A DNA stretch of 64,000 bases from positions 1 through 64,000 of the forward strand of contig JAVRCV020000036.1 of the NCBI GenBank assembly GCA_034530615.2, written 5' to 3'. This stretch comes from Aulosira sp. ZfuVER01. GTDB taxonomy: Bacteria; Cyanobacteriota; Cyanobacteriia; Cyanobacteriales; Nostocaceae. A program made the translations under genes and the position numbers. Below, piece by piece: positions 1 to 9,574 of this stretch (within the stretch, counting starts at the first letter, position 1; the number at the start of each line of letters is the position of its first letter). A model generated the notes under the pieces. The model made no database searches, was not told the origin of the DNA, and saw only the letters and a list, made by a program, of their open reading frames with translations.

Positions 1-289
1 CGAAAGCACATTCTTGAGGCTCTATCTGTTGCCGGATTTTAGAGAATTGGTATAAATTAATACTAAGGAAGTAATTGTATGTCGCTTGTAGCCTGGAGTA
101 TGCTATTACCAATCTATCTAAAGAATCAGCTTGCCTAATTACATTAAATCTTCCACGAACCTGTTCTTCAAATGTAATAATTGTCACAGCTAGGTTTTTA
201 GGAGAAGTTTCACCAATACGCTTACTAACAATAGGGTGTCCATTTTGGAAAAGTGAGACACAATCCGTATCTAATATCCACAAACTCAC
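1..289 (-). CDS. vapC: VapC/PIN-domain toxin, runs off the window edge and is possibly interrupted
   Basis: Not in the ORF track. Manual translation from GTG at 289 gives MSLWILDTDCVSLFQNGHP...AVTIITFEEQVRGR, with the PIN LDT motif and conserved E. The start overlaps the antitoxin stop (GTGA). Confidence 0.8.
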   Translation of the reverse strand, partial: MSLWILDTDCVSLFQNGHPIVSKRIGETSPKNLAVTIITFEEQVRGRFNVIRQADSLDRLVIAYSRLQATYNYFLSINLYQFSKIRQQIEPQECAF

Positions 290-666
290 GCTTCTGTTCC
301 CTCTTCTGCATCAAGTTTGCGATAATATTCTGCCATTTCTGCATCGAGTTCTCGACGGTATTCGTCAATATGTGCCAATACCTCATCGAACATTGGATCA
401 TCCTTAAACATCCCTGAAAATTTCATCCAAGGATGTTCGGTTTCTGGCGCTTCTATTTCTTGAACAATGATTTCTACATTTTTGAATCGATTCTTCACAA
501 GTTCGTGCAAATTATTTAGTGCATCTTCCCGCGTTTGTGCAAATACCTGACAGTCTGGTAAACCCCAAACTGTTGCTTGATATCCGCTTTCTTTTGCTTC
601 TACTAATACTGAATAGTTAAGTTTAGATGAGTCATTAGCTATATTTTTCGGCAAATTTATCGTCAT
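286..666 (-). CDS. HicB-like type II antitoxin
   Basis: YQATVWGLPDCQVFAQTREDAL HicB-like fold and a HPWMKFSGMFKDDP tail; translationally coupled to the PIN toxin. Confidence 0.75.
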   Translation of the reverse strand: MTINLPKNIANDSSKLNYSVLVEAKESGYQATVWGLPDCQVFAQTREDALNNLHELVKNRFKNVEIIVQEIEAPETEHPWMKFSGMFKDDPMFDEVLAHIDEYRRELDAEMAEYYRKLDAEEGTEA

Positions 667-739
667 AAAATTTCCCTGTTTGTCTTGTCGTGGCTAGATA
701 TATTGTAAATCCGCTGTGGAATTAGCTATCAGATATCAG

Positions 740-815
740 GCGTAGACACGAAGTGGCTTGTCGTACTCCTACGGAGAAGCAAGCTACGCGCAGCGTCTCG
801 AAGAGAAGACATCGC
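740..815. repeat. Cluster of small dispersed repeats sitting within a split HIP1 (GCG...ATCGC)
   Basis: GC-rich short palindromic modules between GCG at 740 and ATCGC ending at 815, in AT-rich intergenic DNA. Confidence 0.55.
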
Positions 816-1250
816 ATTTTTCATGATGTGCTGAAAAGTTATAGCAGTTCTGATACATCAAAATTTTAAGTAAAATTTGCTACCTAATCTAGAAAATTTA
901 ATATATTGTCAGAAAATTTTTATACATCTTTAATTTGAAATTTTAGATGAAAGCGTCTTTAAAACAAGGTTTTGAGACTCAGTGTTCCTAAATCAAGTCT
1001 TGTCAAGATGCTAATTACGCAAGCCAAAAAATGACATCATGTTGTAATTTTTTGGTAAAATCACTTCATACATTTTATGGATTTCACATACATACAAAAA
1101 TCAAATAAATTAACCCAAAATTAATACCAAGCTTGGGAAAACTTCATCATATAAATATCAAGCAACTAAGCAGACGGTGATTCACTACATCAAGCAAACT
1201 CTACAACAAAACTCTAACTTGTCATCAATTTAGTAGGTAGGATACGCCAC

Positions 1251-2459
1251 ATGCGTCAGTACCCTCGCATTAGAAAAACACTCAGGCATCACTACGATAC
1301 TGTGACACAGTTAAAGAGTAGAGTATCTGGTGGTATTACTTACTTGCTATCAGGCGGAACACTCAATAAGCAACAGTATCCTTTAATCAAAAAAATACTG
1401 AAGAATCGCTTTCAGATTGTCAAACTCTTGGCTAGGGGAGGATCTGGCGATACCTACTTAGCTATCGATCTGGATTTACCAGGGCAACCCCATTGTGTTG
1501 TCAAACATTTTTATCCTAAACATCCTCATCCTGCTGTTGTACCGATTGCCAAAACCCTCTTCGATCGCGAAGCAGAAAGTTTATATCAGCTAGGCAACAA
1601 CCATAACCAAATTCCGACATTGTTTGCTCACTTTCATGAAGATGGGGATTTCTATTTAGTACAGGAATTCGTTGATGGTTATGACTTGACTCAAGAAATT
1701 GTCCGGGGTAAACCTTTAAGCGAAGATGTGGTCTTTAATTTATTGAAAGATATCTTGGAAGTGTTGACCTTCGTTCACCAACACAAAATTATTCACCGAG
1801 ATATTAAGCCCCAAAATATCATGCGGCGGCACTCCGATCAAAAGATTGTACTGATTGATTTTGGCAGCATTAAAAAAATAGGTATTCGCGGAGCCACCCT
1901 CACAATTTCTGTTGGCACTCCTGGCTATATGCCAAGCGAACAAGCTAAGGGAAAGCCGAAACTTAGCAGCGATATTTATGCAGTCGGGATGATTGGGATT
2001 CAAGCTTTAACAGGTCTAATGCCTGAGCAACTACAAGAAGATCCCGATACTGGAGAAGTCATCTGGCGTGACAAAGCTCAGGTAAGCGATCGCCTAGCAG
2101 ACATTTTAGACAAAATGGTTCGCGAACGCCATAGTCAGCGTTACCAATCGGCAGCAGAAGCTTTGCAAGCACTCATTCCCGATCTGGAGTTGCCACAGTA
2201 CATAGAATCTGTTGGTCAAGATGAAAATGCTGATGATGAATATTTACTAATTTATAGAAAGTTTATTTTGTTACTAGGGATGGGTCTGGGAATTATTACT
2301 AGTGCGTTAATACTAGTTTTAATATATACATTTTTGCGCATGAGTATATCGCCGCCAAAGCAACCCACTCCAACACATACGTTTATAGAAAAGTTTATTG
2401 ACTCGCCATCGATTCGTGTGAATCAGCTAGTAGTCCAAAAACGGTTAAATAAAAACTAG
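1251..2459 (+). CDS. Membrane-anchored Ser/Thr protein kinase
   Basis: ARGGSG loop, VVK, HRDIKPQN, DFG, GTPGY and a C-terminal TM helix. Confidence 0.93.
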   Translation: MRQYPRIRKTLRHHYDTVTQLKSRVSGGITYLLSGGTLNKQQYPLIKKILKNRFQIVKLLARGGSGDTYLAIDLDLPGQPHCVVKHFYPKHPHPAVVPIAKTLFDREAESLYQLGNNHNQIPTLFAHFHEDGDFYLVQEFVDGYDLTQEIVRGKPLSEDVVFNLLKDILEVLTFVHQHKIIHRDIKPQNIMRRHSDQKIVLIDFGSIKKIGIRGATLTISVGTPGYMPSEQAKGKPKLSSDIYAVGMIGIQALTGLMPEQLQEDPDTGEVIWRDKAQVSDRLADILDKMVRERHSQRYQSAAEALQALIPDLELPQYIESVGQDENADDEYLLIYRKFILLLGMGLGIITSALILVLIYTFLRMSISPPKQPTPTHTFIEKFIDSPSIRVNQLVVQKRLNKN

Positions 2460-2600
2460 TAATTGAATGATTGAAATAACGATAAAAGAGCAAATTCAAT
2501 CTAATAAAACGAGTCATCAACTGTTAATTACAGGGTGCTTTATAGATTCTAAAATCCAACGATTTTTGTAGGCTCAATCAAAAACAACAACATTAATAAT

Positions 2601-3659
2601 ATGGACAATACAAACCAAGGAAAATCTTTGATTAAGGGAGACGTTGCCATCTTCCTCAGAGGTTTAATTATTGGCAAAGTACTAACAATTATGGTGATTG
2701 GCGGGCTGCTCTGGTGGTTGCTCAAGCCGGAATTATTGTCTCGCAACAACGCTGATTCTTCTAGTCAAAGTTTAAAACCCACCTCTAGTACTGTATCCAC
2801 CTTTGAGTCACTTGCTGATGTGCCAACCGACTCATTCAACTACGGCGGTAGCACAGCTTGGGCACCTATTCGGCAAGTGGTAGATTCTCAAATCCTCAGC
2901 GCTCGCCCTGAACTCAAGTTGCGTTACCTAGACCCTGTGAACGCTAGCCCTGGTTCTAGTGCAGGTATCCGGATGTTGCTTGAGGGAAAATTGGACTTTG
3001 TTCAATCTTCTCGTCCCCTCACAGATGAAGAACAAGCCATTGCTAAACAGCAAGGTTTTACCCTTGAGCAACGTCAGGTTGGTATTGATGGGATAGCAGT
3101 GGTAGTTAATCCATCGCTGAAAGTGCCTGGTTTAACTGTTAACCAATTGCAGCAGATATATTCAGGTCAGTTGACTAACTGGAATCAGGTAGGAGGGCCA
3201 AATCTACCCATCACACCTTTTTCTCAACGACCAGAGAATGCAGACACAATCATTTTGGAAAAACAAGCACTTGGCTCTAATGTCAAGTATGTCTACTCAA
3301 CTACAGAGGCAGTGCGCCAACTTAGCAAAACGCCTGGTGGCATATATTACGCTTCTGCCCGTGCAGTTGTACCTCAATGTAGCGTGAAACCTTTGCCACT
3401 GGGTCGTACTGCTGCCGATTTAGTTTCCCCATACCGCGAATCTCTAGTATCACCTGAGCAGTGTCCGCGTCAACGCAATCAGGTAAATACTGAAGCCATT
3501 AAGAATGGTAGCTATCCCATCACCACTAACTTGTTTGTGATTATTAAACAAAACAAAGGTCAAGAACAGAAAGTTGGAGATGCTTATGCCAATCTTTTAC
3601 TGACCGACCAAGGACAAAAGGCTATTGAGCAAGCTGGTTTTGTCGGGGTGCGCCAGTAA
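2601..3659 (+). CDS. PstS-family (PBP2) substrate-binding protein with N-terminal membrane anchor
   Basis: GGST, GSSAGI, SSRPL, DGIAVVVN, IYSGQLTNW and YPI motifs. Confidence 0.88.
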   Translation: MDNTNQGKSLIKGDVAIFLRGLIIGKVLTIMVIGGLLWWLLKPELLSRNNADSSSQSLKPTSSTVSTFESLADVPTDSFNYGGSTAWAPIRQVVDSQILSARPELKLRYLDPVNASPGSSAGIRMLLEGKLDFVQSSRPLTDEEQAIAKQQGFTLEQRQVGIDGIAVVVNPSLKVPGLTVNQLQQIYSGQLTNWNQVGGPNLPITPFSQRPENADTIILEKQALGSNVKYVYSTTEAVRQLSKTPGGIYYASARAVVPQCSVKPLPLGRTAADLVSPYRESLVSPEQCPRQRNQVNTEAIKNGSYPITTNLFVIIKQNKGQEQKVGDAYANLLLTDQGQKAIEQAGFVGVRQ

Positions 3660-3744
3660 CAAGAATGGATGTGTTTCCTTGGCGAAACACATCCCAAAAA
3701 GTTTTATGATGAACTTGCTAGTTACGCTTTGTGCGCGATCGCTC

Positions 3745-3855
3745 ATGATTCACATATTTGCCTTTGATGACTGGCAAGAATGGCTAACTGTCTCTGCATA
3801 TTTAGGGTTAATGGTCTTTGTCATCTGGGGTGTATTCACCGCGCAGAAGAGATGA
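3745..3855 (+). CDS. Putative 36-aa single-TM small protein
   Basis: ATG at 3745 gives MIHIFAFDDWQEWLTVSAYLGLMVFVIWGVFTAQKR: hydrophobic helix with a basic tail, filling the gap between two genes. Confidence 0.4.
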   Translation: MIHIFAFDDWQEWLTVSAYLGLMVFVIWGVFTAQKR

Positions 3856-3858
3856 ATA

Positions 3859-4158
3859 CTACTTCTTGAAGAAACTGCATATCAGCTCGCCAGGGTCTTT
3901 GTACCCAAATGGCATAATAGTTCCATCCTGTTGAATCTTTACTCGAGAGCGACAGTTATAGACTTCGATAGGTGTTTTTACATCATCTACACTCACGGTG
4001 GCTCTGTATTCCCAGTAATTTTTAGCGCTACGTTGGATACTGAGAATGCAAATCCGATGTCCATTGTAATTTCTGCATACAGAAGCAGTAGCTGGAAGTG
4101 CTACCAACAAAGAAAGTATCAGCAGCAGTAAAAAAGTTACACATCTAATCGCACTCAT
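3859..4158 (-). CDS. Small secreted hypothetical protein
   Basis: Signal peptide (..ALPATA-S) and Cys-containing mature region with RSAKNYWEYR. Confidence 0.75.
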   Translation of the reverse strand: MSAIRCVTFLLLLILSLLVALPATASVCRNYNGHRICILSIQRSAKNYWEYRATVSVDDVKTPIEVYNCRSRVKIQQDGTIMPFGYKDPGELICSFFKK

Positions 4159-4384
4159 CTGATGTCAATTCTCATTTACGGGAAATAATATCACTTAGCC
4201 AAAGCCGCATAGCTGTTTTTATGGGATTTTGCTTGAATCTAGCTACAGAGTCCAGATTTTTGCATGAAAAAAGTAAGACTTTGCCTTGGAAAATCTGTAT
4301 TGCACTCAACTAATTGAATGCTAAGTTGCAATATAAACATTAGAGTAATGCATTATTTGCATAACACGGTGTTAATCTTAGCCT

Positions 4385-4449
4385 CGAAAATGCGATCCTC
4401 ATTAGTGGGAATAAAGATGAACGCCCCTGGTAATAACCGGGGGCTTTTT
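4385..4449 (+). ncRNA. Candidate ~65-nt sRNA
   Basis: Extended -10-like TGTTAATCT (4370-4378) followed about 45 nt later by an intrinsic terminator, with no credible ORF on this strand. Confidence 0.35.
4423..4449 (+). terminator. Rho-independent terminator
   Basis: GCCCCTGG-TAATAA-CCGGGGGC stem followed by TTTTT. Confidence 0.75.
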
Positions 4450-4850
4450 GTTTGTAGGTTGAAAATTGCAACATCACGACAGAGTTACAAGTCAAGTAGA
4501 AACTAAACCTTGCTACTCTACGCACCATATTTCAGTAGTTGATTTTCAGTAAAGGGGAAAAAGCGATGGCTCCGCCAACGCCTTCGACGAACGCAATTTT
4601 CAGAAGATGTGAGAAGCGTTATATCAAGGTTTTTAGCAATATTTGGATGTCTTCGCAAGATTCAAATTAAATTACTAATACAAGCTCAGATGCTTAATGT
4701 ACCAAGTTAGTAAAAGCAGTCTCTACTCATCTGAGTGTGCGATCACTCTCATTCTCTAATAAATAGTGATCTCTTTCCTCTACTCATGTAAAGGGCGGTG
4801 ATAAATAGCAGATACTAAAAATGCGAACTCGTATGTTTTAGTTCAGTTAG

Positions 4851-6610
4851 CTATATAATATTCCATACTTTTTTTGCTAATTTCGTCAGTATTTCTTGGC
4901 GATATTCAATTGATTTAGAATCCCATACATCAAAATCTTTTAACTCCTTCACTGCCCGATCGACTGCTGTATTAATACCAATCTTTATCGGTTCAGCTAT
5001 AGATTTAGTAATTAAAAATTTTGAACTTTTATAAGCATTTATTTTATATTCAAATGGCTGATGCTTAATTGATTTATTAATTGATTCTTCTAGTAGAGTA
5101 AGATTTCCAAGTCGCTGGATGTAGTTTTCGATTTCTTCTGGTTTATCAAACGAAGTTTTTAATTTATTAAATTTTTGAGGCAGAATATGTTCAATTGTTA
5201 CTTTTGGATTTATATAATTGCTTAAATCAGTATGTGTTCCGATACTGCCATAAGCTTCTTCATCAACATACTGTGTAAGTTTTGCTAAAATATACTGCAT
5301 TATCTTTTTTTGTACAGACGATTCATCCAGCTTTCGGAAAGCAAGTTCAAAACGCTCAGCTAGCCTTTGTTTGGATGGTTGAATATTTTCATTTATAAAT
5401 GTGTCTAGATCTAATTTATTATTAACTTGTCGTAGTTTAGCAGCCCATTGAGTAAATAAGCTTTCAACCTTGCTAGTACGCGAGTAATTATATACACAAA
5501 TAAGAAACTCTCAATCTGTTTACATAGTTCTGTAAAAAGTTCTATAGATAAATTTTGAGCAGCTAATAGTAGCATCAGATGTTGCGTTGTAGAGAAATAA
5601 GATATATTTAATAAAAAGCGATTGACTTCCCCAGATGCGTCTCTGCCATTTTTGAAATGGAAAAAAGCTGTTGCCGATTTTACAAGTTCATTAATAAACT
5701 CAAAAGGCTTTTCTTCATATTTACATATTTTTTTATTTTCAATAAACCAATCATAGATTCTATCTTCTCTAATCCGTTTTTCTGCATCATATCTTGCCAT
5801 GATAAAGTAGCGAAGAAATCTTAGAGGTTTTTCTTGAGCTTTAAATAATATATCTACCATTTCCTTCCATTGCTTTTTGAGTTTATCAAAATCTTGCGCA
5901 TCGAGTTGCATAAACATTAAATTTTTCAGTAAGTCCATTGCGTTAAGACCAACACCACGATTATTGATAGTTGCAAAAACCGTCAATGCATGTGACCTAC
6001 TTTTTGTCTCAACTCGAACTAGTTTCACATTTTTTATAAAGCAAGCATAAAATTGCTTTACTTCCTGGACAGCAGATTCATCTTCACCAAACTCCTTTTT
6101 AAAAAAATCTAAAGCAACTTGGTAAGCTTTTTTTATTTTTTTGACTGAGCTAGTATCTTTAATATCATTAATATCATTTTTTCTTGCAATTTTCTCTAAA
6201 ACTCCGCGACTGTCTTCATACTGAAGTTCAACCCTATCTCGAAATCTTTCGTTTCCATTCTGATCAACATGTGAAGAAGCAATAAGTACTTTTAGTGAAT
6301 CTAAAGGTTCTTGGGGTTTGATTTGTTCTCGATAATCTCTTATTGCACAGAAAATCAAGTAAGTAGTAGTCATTCGTTGCTGACCATCAATAAGTTCATA
6401 TACACCTTGAGAGTCACATACTATAATACTTCCAATAAAATACTCCCAATCTGAACCAGATTTATTGTCAGAATACTGCTTATAAACATCTTCAAGAAGT
6501 TCTCCAACCTGTTTCTCTTCCCAAACATATTCACGTTGGTAATCTCGAACTACATAAAAATCTTTAAAAAGTTGTTCTAAAGTATAGTCTCGTGATTCAA
6601 TTATCGCCAT
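4851..6610 (-). pseudogene. GmrSD-type (DUF262 + DUF1524 HNH) restriction nuclease split by a frameshift near 5480
   Basis: YQREYVW, DGQQR and F..IN.RG in 5411-6610; EHILPQ and LGNL in 4851-5300. An alternative frame (RTSKVESLFTQW...) is open from about 5480 into the second ORF. Confidence 0.85.
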
Positions 6611-6786
6611 TGATATTTTATTATTCCTAAATACTAATGTTTATGTGTGTTGTACTAATTTAACTTAAGTAAGGAAATAAGTACTATGTATTGTTAGAAC
6701 ATTAGGAGCGTTACCTTAAAGTTAACGCTCCTGAATTGATAAATTAGAGTGTGCTACATTATACTAACTATCATTAACATATTTAG

Positions 6787-8232
6787 TCAGGCTTTAAAAG
6801 TCAACACGGGACTCAATCTCGCCACTACACCCACCATTTTCGCCTCAACCTGCACATCAATCACAGACTGAATTGGCTTGTAAGCGGCGGGTGCTTCTTC
6901 AATGCGGCGTTCTTCTCGTAAGGTAATGCAGTCAACTCCAGTTAATCCGAGTTCGGCTTCGCTTTGAGATGCACCTCTGCGATTGAGATCAAAACGTGAC
7001 TTTACTCTCCCCGCACCATGTGATGCAGAATTGCAAAATGCGGGATTGCCTTTCCCTACCATTAAGTAAGAGTAAGCACCCATTGAGCCGGGAATAATCA
7101 CTGGTTGCTCTGGATATGCTGGACAAGCACCTTTGCGCGTTACCCATCCCTGACCTTCGGGCAAAGTAATGTTGTGTGGTAAGTCGTAAACTAAAGGTGC
7201 TTCCACATCACCGTAAACTTCACGCAAACGCAGACGTAGTAGTTCTGCTAACAGTAGGCGGTTGATAAAACCATAGTTAGCAGCAGTTGCTTCAGCTTCT
7301 AAGTAACTGGCGACTAATTCGGGATGGGAAGCCGCAGAAAGGGGAAAAATCTGAGATTCTAGATATTTCAAACCTTTTGGCCAAGCAGCTTTTGCTCTAT
7401 CTCGCCACATTCCGCCAATGTACTTACCCACATTGCGCGAACCAGAGTGAATCATAAAAGCTAACTGTCCCTCGCGCACTCCCCAAGCGTGAGCAAGTGC
7501 GCGATTTTCAACTTTATCTACCCGTTGCACTTCGACAAAGTGATTCCCAGAACCGATAGTTGCTAGTCCGCCATCGCGTACTAGTCCATCATCGGGAACT
7601 AATTCTGCGGGTGCAAGTTGCCAGTTACCATCCATTGAACCACCTAAGAAGATGCGGGAGCGTTCGCTTTCTTCGGCCAGTTGTTGCACATCAGACTTAA
7701 CTACACTCCCCGTAGGTTTATCCAGCATGATATCCAACCAACTGGGAACTCCATACTGAAACAATGCACGCATTGCATGAGCAGTCATTGTCACATCTCG
7801 TGTGCCAAAGAAGTAATCTCCTTTCATGCGTTCGACAAATAGATCTCGTTTGGCGAGAAATTCATCGATAGTTAAATCGGCAACATGAAGGCGCATCCCA
7901 CAATTAATATCAGAACCGACAGCACCAGGAATAACTTGACCGACGGTTTCCACAACTGATCCAATGGCAACACCTGCATCACCAGGGTGAAAGTCAGGCG
8001 TAGCACAGGCTCGGCAAACACATCCCCCGGCTGGATGGCGAACGCGAGCTAGATTTGCTAACTGCTTGAGTGCCTTAGCTTCTACGGGGAAGCCTTCAGG
8101 TAGTAGTACTTCTGCTACTGGTGCATCAGGAGAATCACTTAAGCGGACAGAATAAGTGCTATTGCTATAGCTAACATCCAAACCTTGGCGCGCTAAAGCA
8201 CGCAAGAGACGTTGAAGATTTTTTGGCTGCAT
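6787..8232 (-). CDS. rtcB: RtcB-family RNA ligase
   Basis: PDFHPG, VGSDINCG, GSGNHFVE, HSGSR, HN, RKGA, IPGSMG, SHGAGR and EEAPAAYK motifs. Confidence 0.93.
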   Translation of the reverse strand: MQPKNLQRLLRALARQGLDVSYSNSTYSVRLSDSPDAPVAEVLLPEGFPVEAKALKQLANLARVRHPAGGCVCRACATPDFHPGDAGVAIGSVVETVGQVIPGAVGSDINCGMRLHVADLTIDEFLAKRDLFVERMKGDYFFGTRDVTMTAHAMRALFQYGVPSWLDIMLDKPTGSVVKSDVQQLAEESERSRIFLGGSMDGNWQLAPAELVPDDGLVRDGGLATIGSGNHFVEVQRVDKVENRALAHAWGVREGQLAFMIHSGSRNVGKYIGGMWRDRAKAAWPKGLKYLESQIFPLSAASHPELVASYLEAEATAANYGFINRLLLAELLRLRLREVYGDVEAPLVYDLPHNITLPEGQGWVTRKGACPAYPEQPVIIPGSMGAYSYLMVGKGNPAFCNSASHGAGRVKSRFDLNRRGASQSEAELGLTGVDCITLREERRIEEAPAAYKPIQSVIDVQVEAKMVGVVARLSPVLTFKA

Positions 8233-8474
8233 GAAAGTTCCTGAGGAGTCTAAAAAAAGACTCTTAGTATTGATTTGAAGAGGTTAGGAGACTTGGGTTC
8301 AGCAGCCGCGTCTCAATTGAGTTATTTTCCCAGAGTTGTAGGGAAAACAACAGGTAATATAACCTTCATAACATAAGCTTTGATCGGTTGACAAGAATTT
8401 TGTAGTACGTTGTGTTGCAGTGAGACAAAGCTTGTAAACAAACTTTAAATTTAGCGAAAACTTGTCATACACCC

Positions 8475-8506
8475 TTGACTCTCCAGTGGAGTAGAGATTT
8501 TAGGAT
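8475..8506 (+). promoter_or_regulatory. MerR-type promoter/operator
   Basis: TTGACT, a 20-bp spacer with imperfect dyad TCTCCAGT..AGTAGAGA, then TAGGAT, upstream of metal-handling genes. Confidence 0.65.
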
Positions 8507-8616
8507 GAAGTTAAGGTAAATCTCAGCCAACAATCAGTAACAGCACAACTCGAATTTCTGATTTTGGATGGATAAGCCCCAACAGCGATCGTTCCTTTGG
8601 AAAAAGGAGCAAGAAT

Positions 8617-9261
8617 ATGATCACCAAATCAGCAGTTTATGGGCTTTTAGCTTTACTTGCAGGTAGTGCCATTACAGGTGGAACAATTATTTACAGAGCC
8701 AGTGCTGAACAAAAACCTCAATTAACCTCTCCTCCTGCTTGTGTGAATAACACCATGTCACAGCAGATGCGTGGGAGACAGGAGATGGATCGGCATTTCA
8801 TCGAAATGATGATTCCCCACCATCAAGACGCAGTCGAGATGGCGGACTTAGCTTTGCAAAAAGCTAAACGTCCTGAAATTAAAAAATTGGCAGCAGCGAT
8901 TAAAACAGACCAGACTAGAGAAATTGAACAGATGAAAGCCTGGTACAAACAGTGGTATGGCACTGATGTTCCTGCTAATTCTATGAATAGTATGGGAATG
9001 GGTCACGGTAGGAGTCAGGGGTCGATGCACTCAGGCATGATGGGTATGAATATGAACCTGGAGTCATTGAAAAATGCCTCTGACTTCGACAAGGAATTTA
9101 TCCGTCAGATGATTCCCCATCACCAGATGGCTGTAATGATGTCACAAATGACTTTCAATAGAGCTACTCACTCACAAATTCGTGACCTTGCTCAAGCTAT
9201 CATCAAATCGCAAACTGCTGAAATTCAGCAAATGCAGCAATGGTACCAAGCTTGGTCTTGA
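8617..9261 (+). CDS. DUF305 (CopM-like) exported metal-binding protein
   Basis: Signal peptide, duplicated D..FI..MIPHH..AV.M motif and a Met-rich linker. Confidence 0.88.
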   Translation: MITKSAVYGLLALLAGSAITGGTIIYRASAEQKPQLTSPPACVNNTMSQQMRGRQEMDRHFIEMMIPHHQDAVEMADLALQKAKRPEIKKLAAAIKTDQTREIEQMKAWYKQWYGTDVPANSMNSMGMGHGRSQGSMHSGMMGMNMNLESLKNASDFDKEFIRQMIPHHQMAVMMSQMTFNRATHSQIRDLAQAIIKSQTAEIQQMQQWYQAWS

Positions 9262-9289
9262 TTCGTTTTTCCTTCGATATCTTAAACTT

Positions 9290-9484
9290 ATGACACTTAA
9301 ACTCACAGTTCCCAACATGGCTTGTTCGGCTTGTGCAAACACTATTACCAACGCACTGAAAGCAGTCGATGCCAATGCAAATATTCAGGCAGATCCGAAA
9401 ACTAAGCTTGTGAGTGTAGATACTCAAGCTTCAGAAACCGCCATTAAGGAAGCGTTAGCTGCGGCTGGTTATCCAGTTGCCTAA
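9290..9484 (+). CDS. HMA-domain copper chaperone (CopZ/Atx1-like)
   Basis: From ATG 9290, 64 aa with an MACSAC motif and AAAGY C-terminus. Confidence 0.88.
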   Translation: MTLKLTVPNMACSACANTITNALKAVDANANIQADPKTKLVSVDTQASETAIKEALAAAGYPVA

Positions 9485-9574
9485 TTCTTTACAGCTTTGA
9501 GTGTAGAGACGTTACATATAACGTCTTTACACAATTTCAACCTCAACCATATAACAATAGGGGTTGAAGTAGCT

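Noticed and set aside
75..407. 110-aa plus-strand ORF
   Set aside because: It is the antisense shadow of the PIN toxin and antitoxin. Other short antisense ORFs inside long genes were dismissed for the same reason.
2601..3659. Canonical pstS of a phosphate uptake operon
   Set aside because: No pstC, pstA or pstB is adjacent and I recognised no Pho box, so the gene symbol is withheld.
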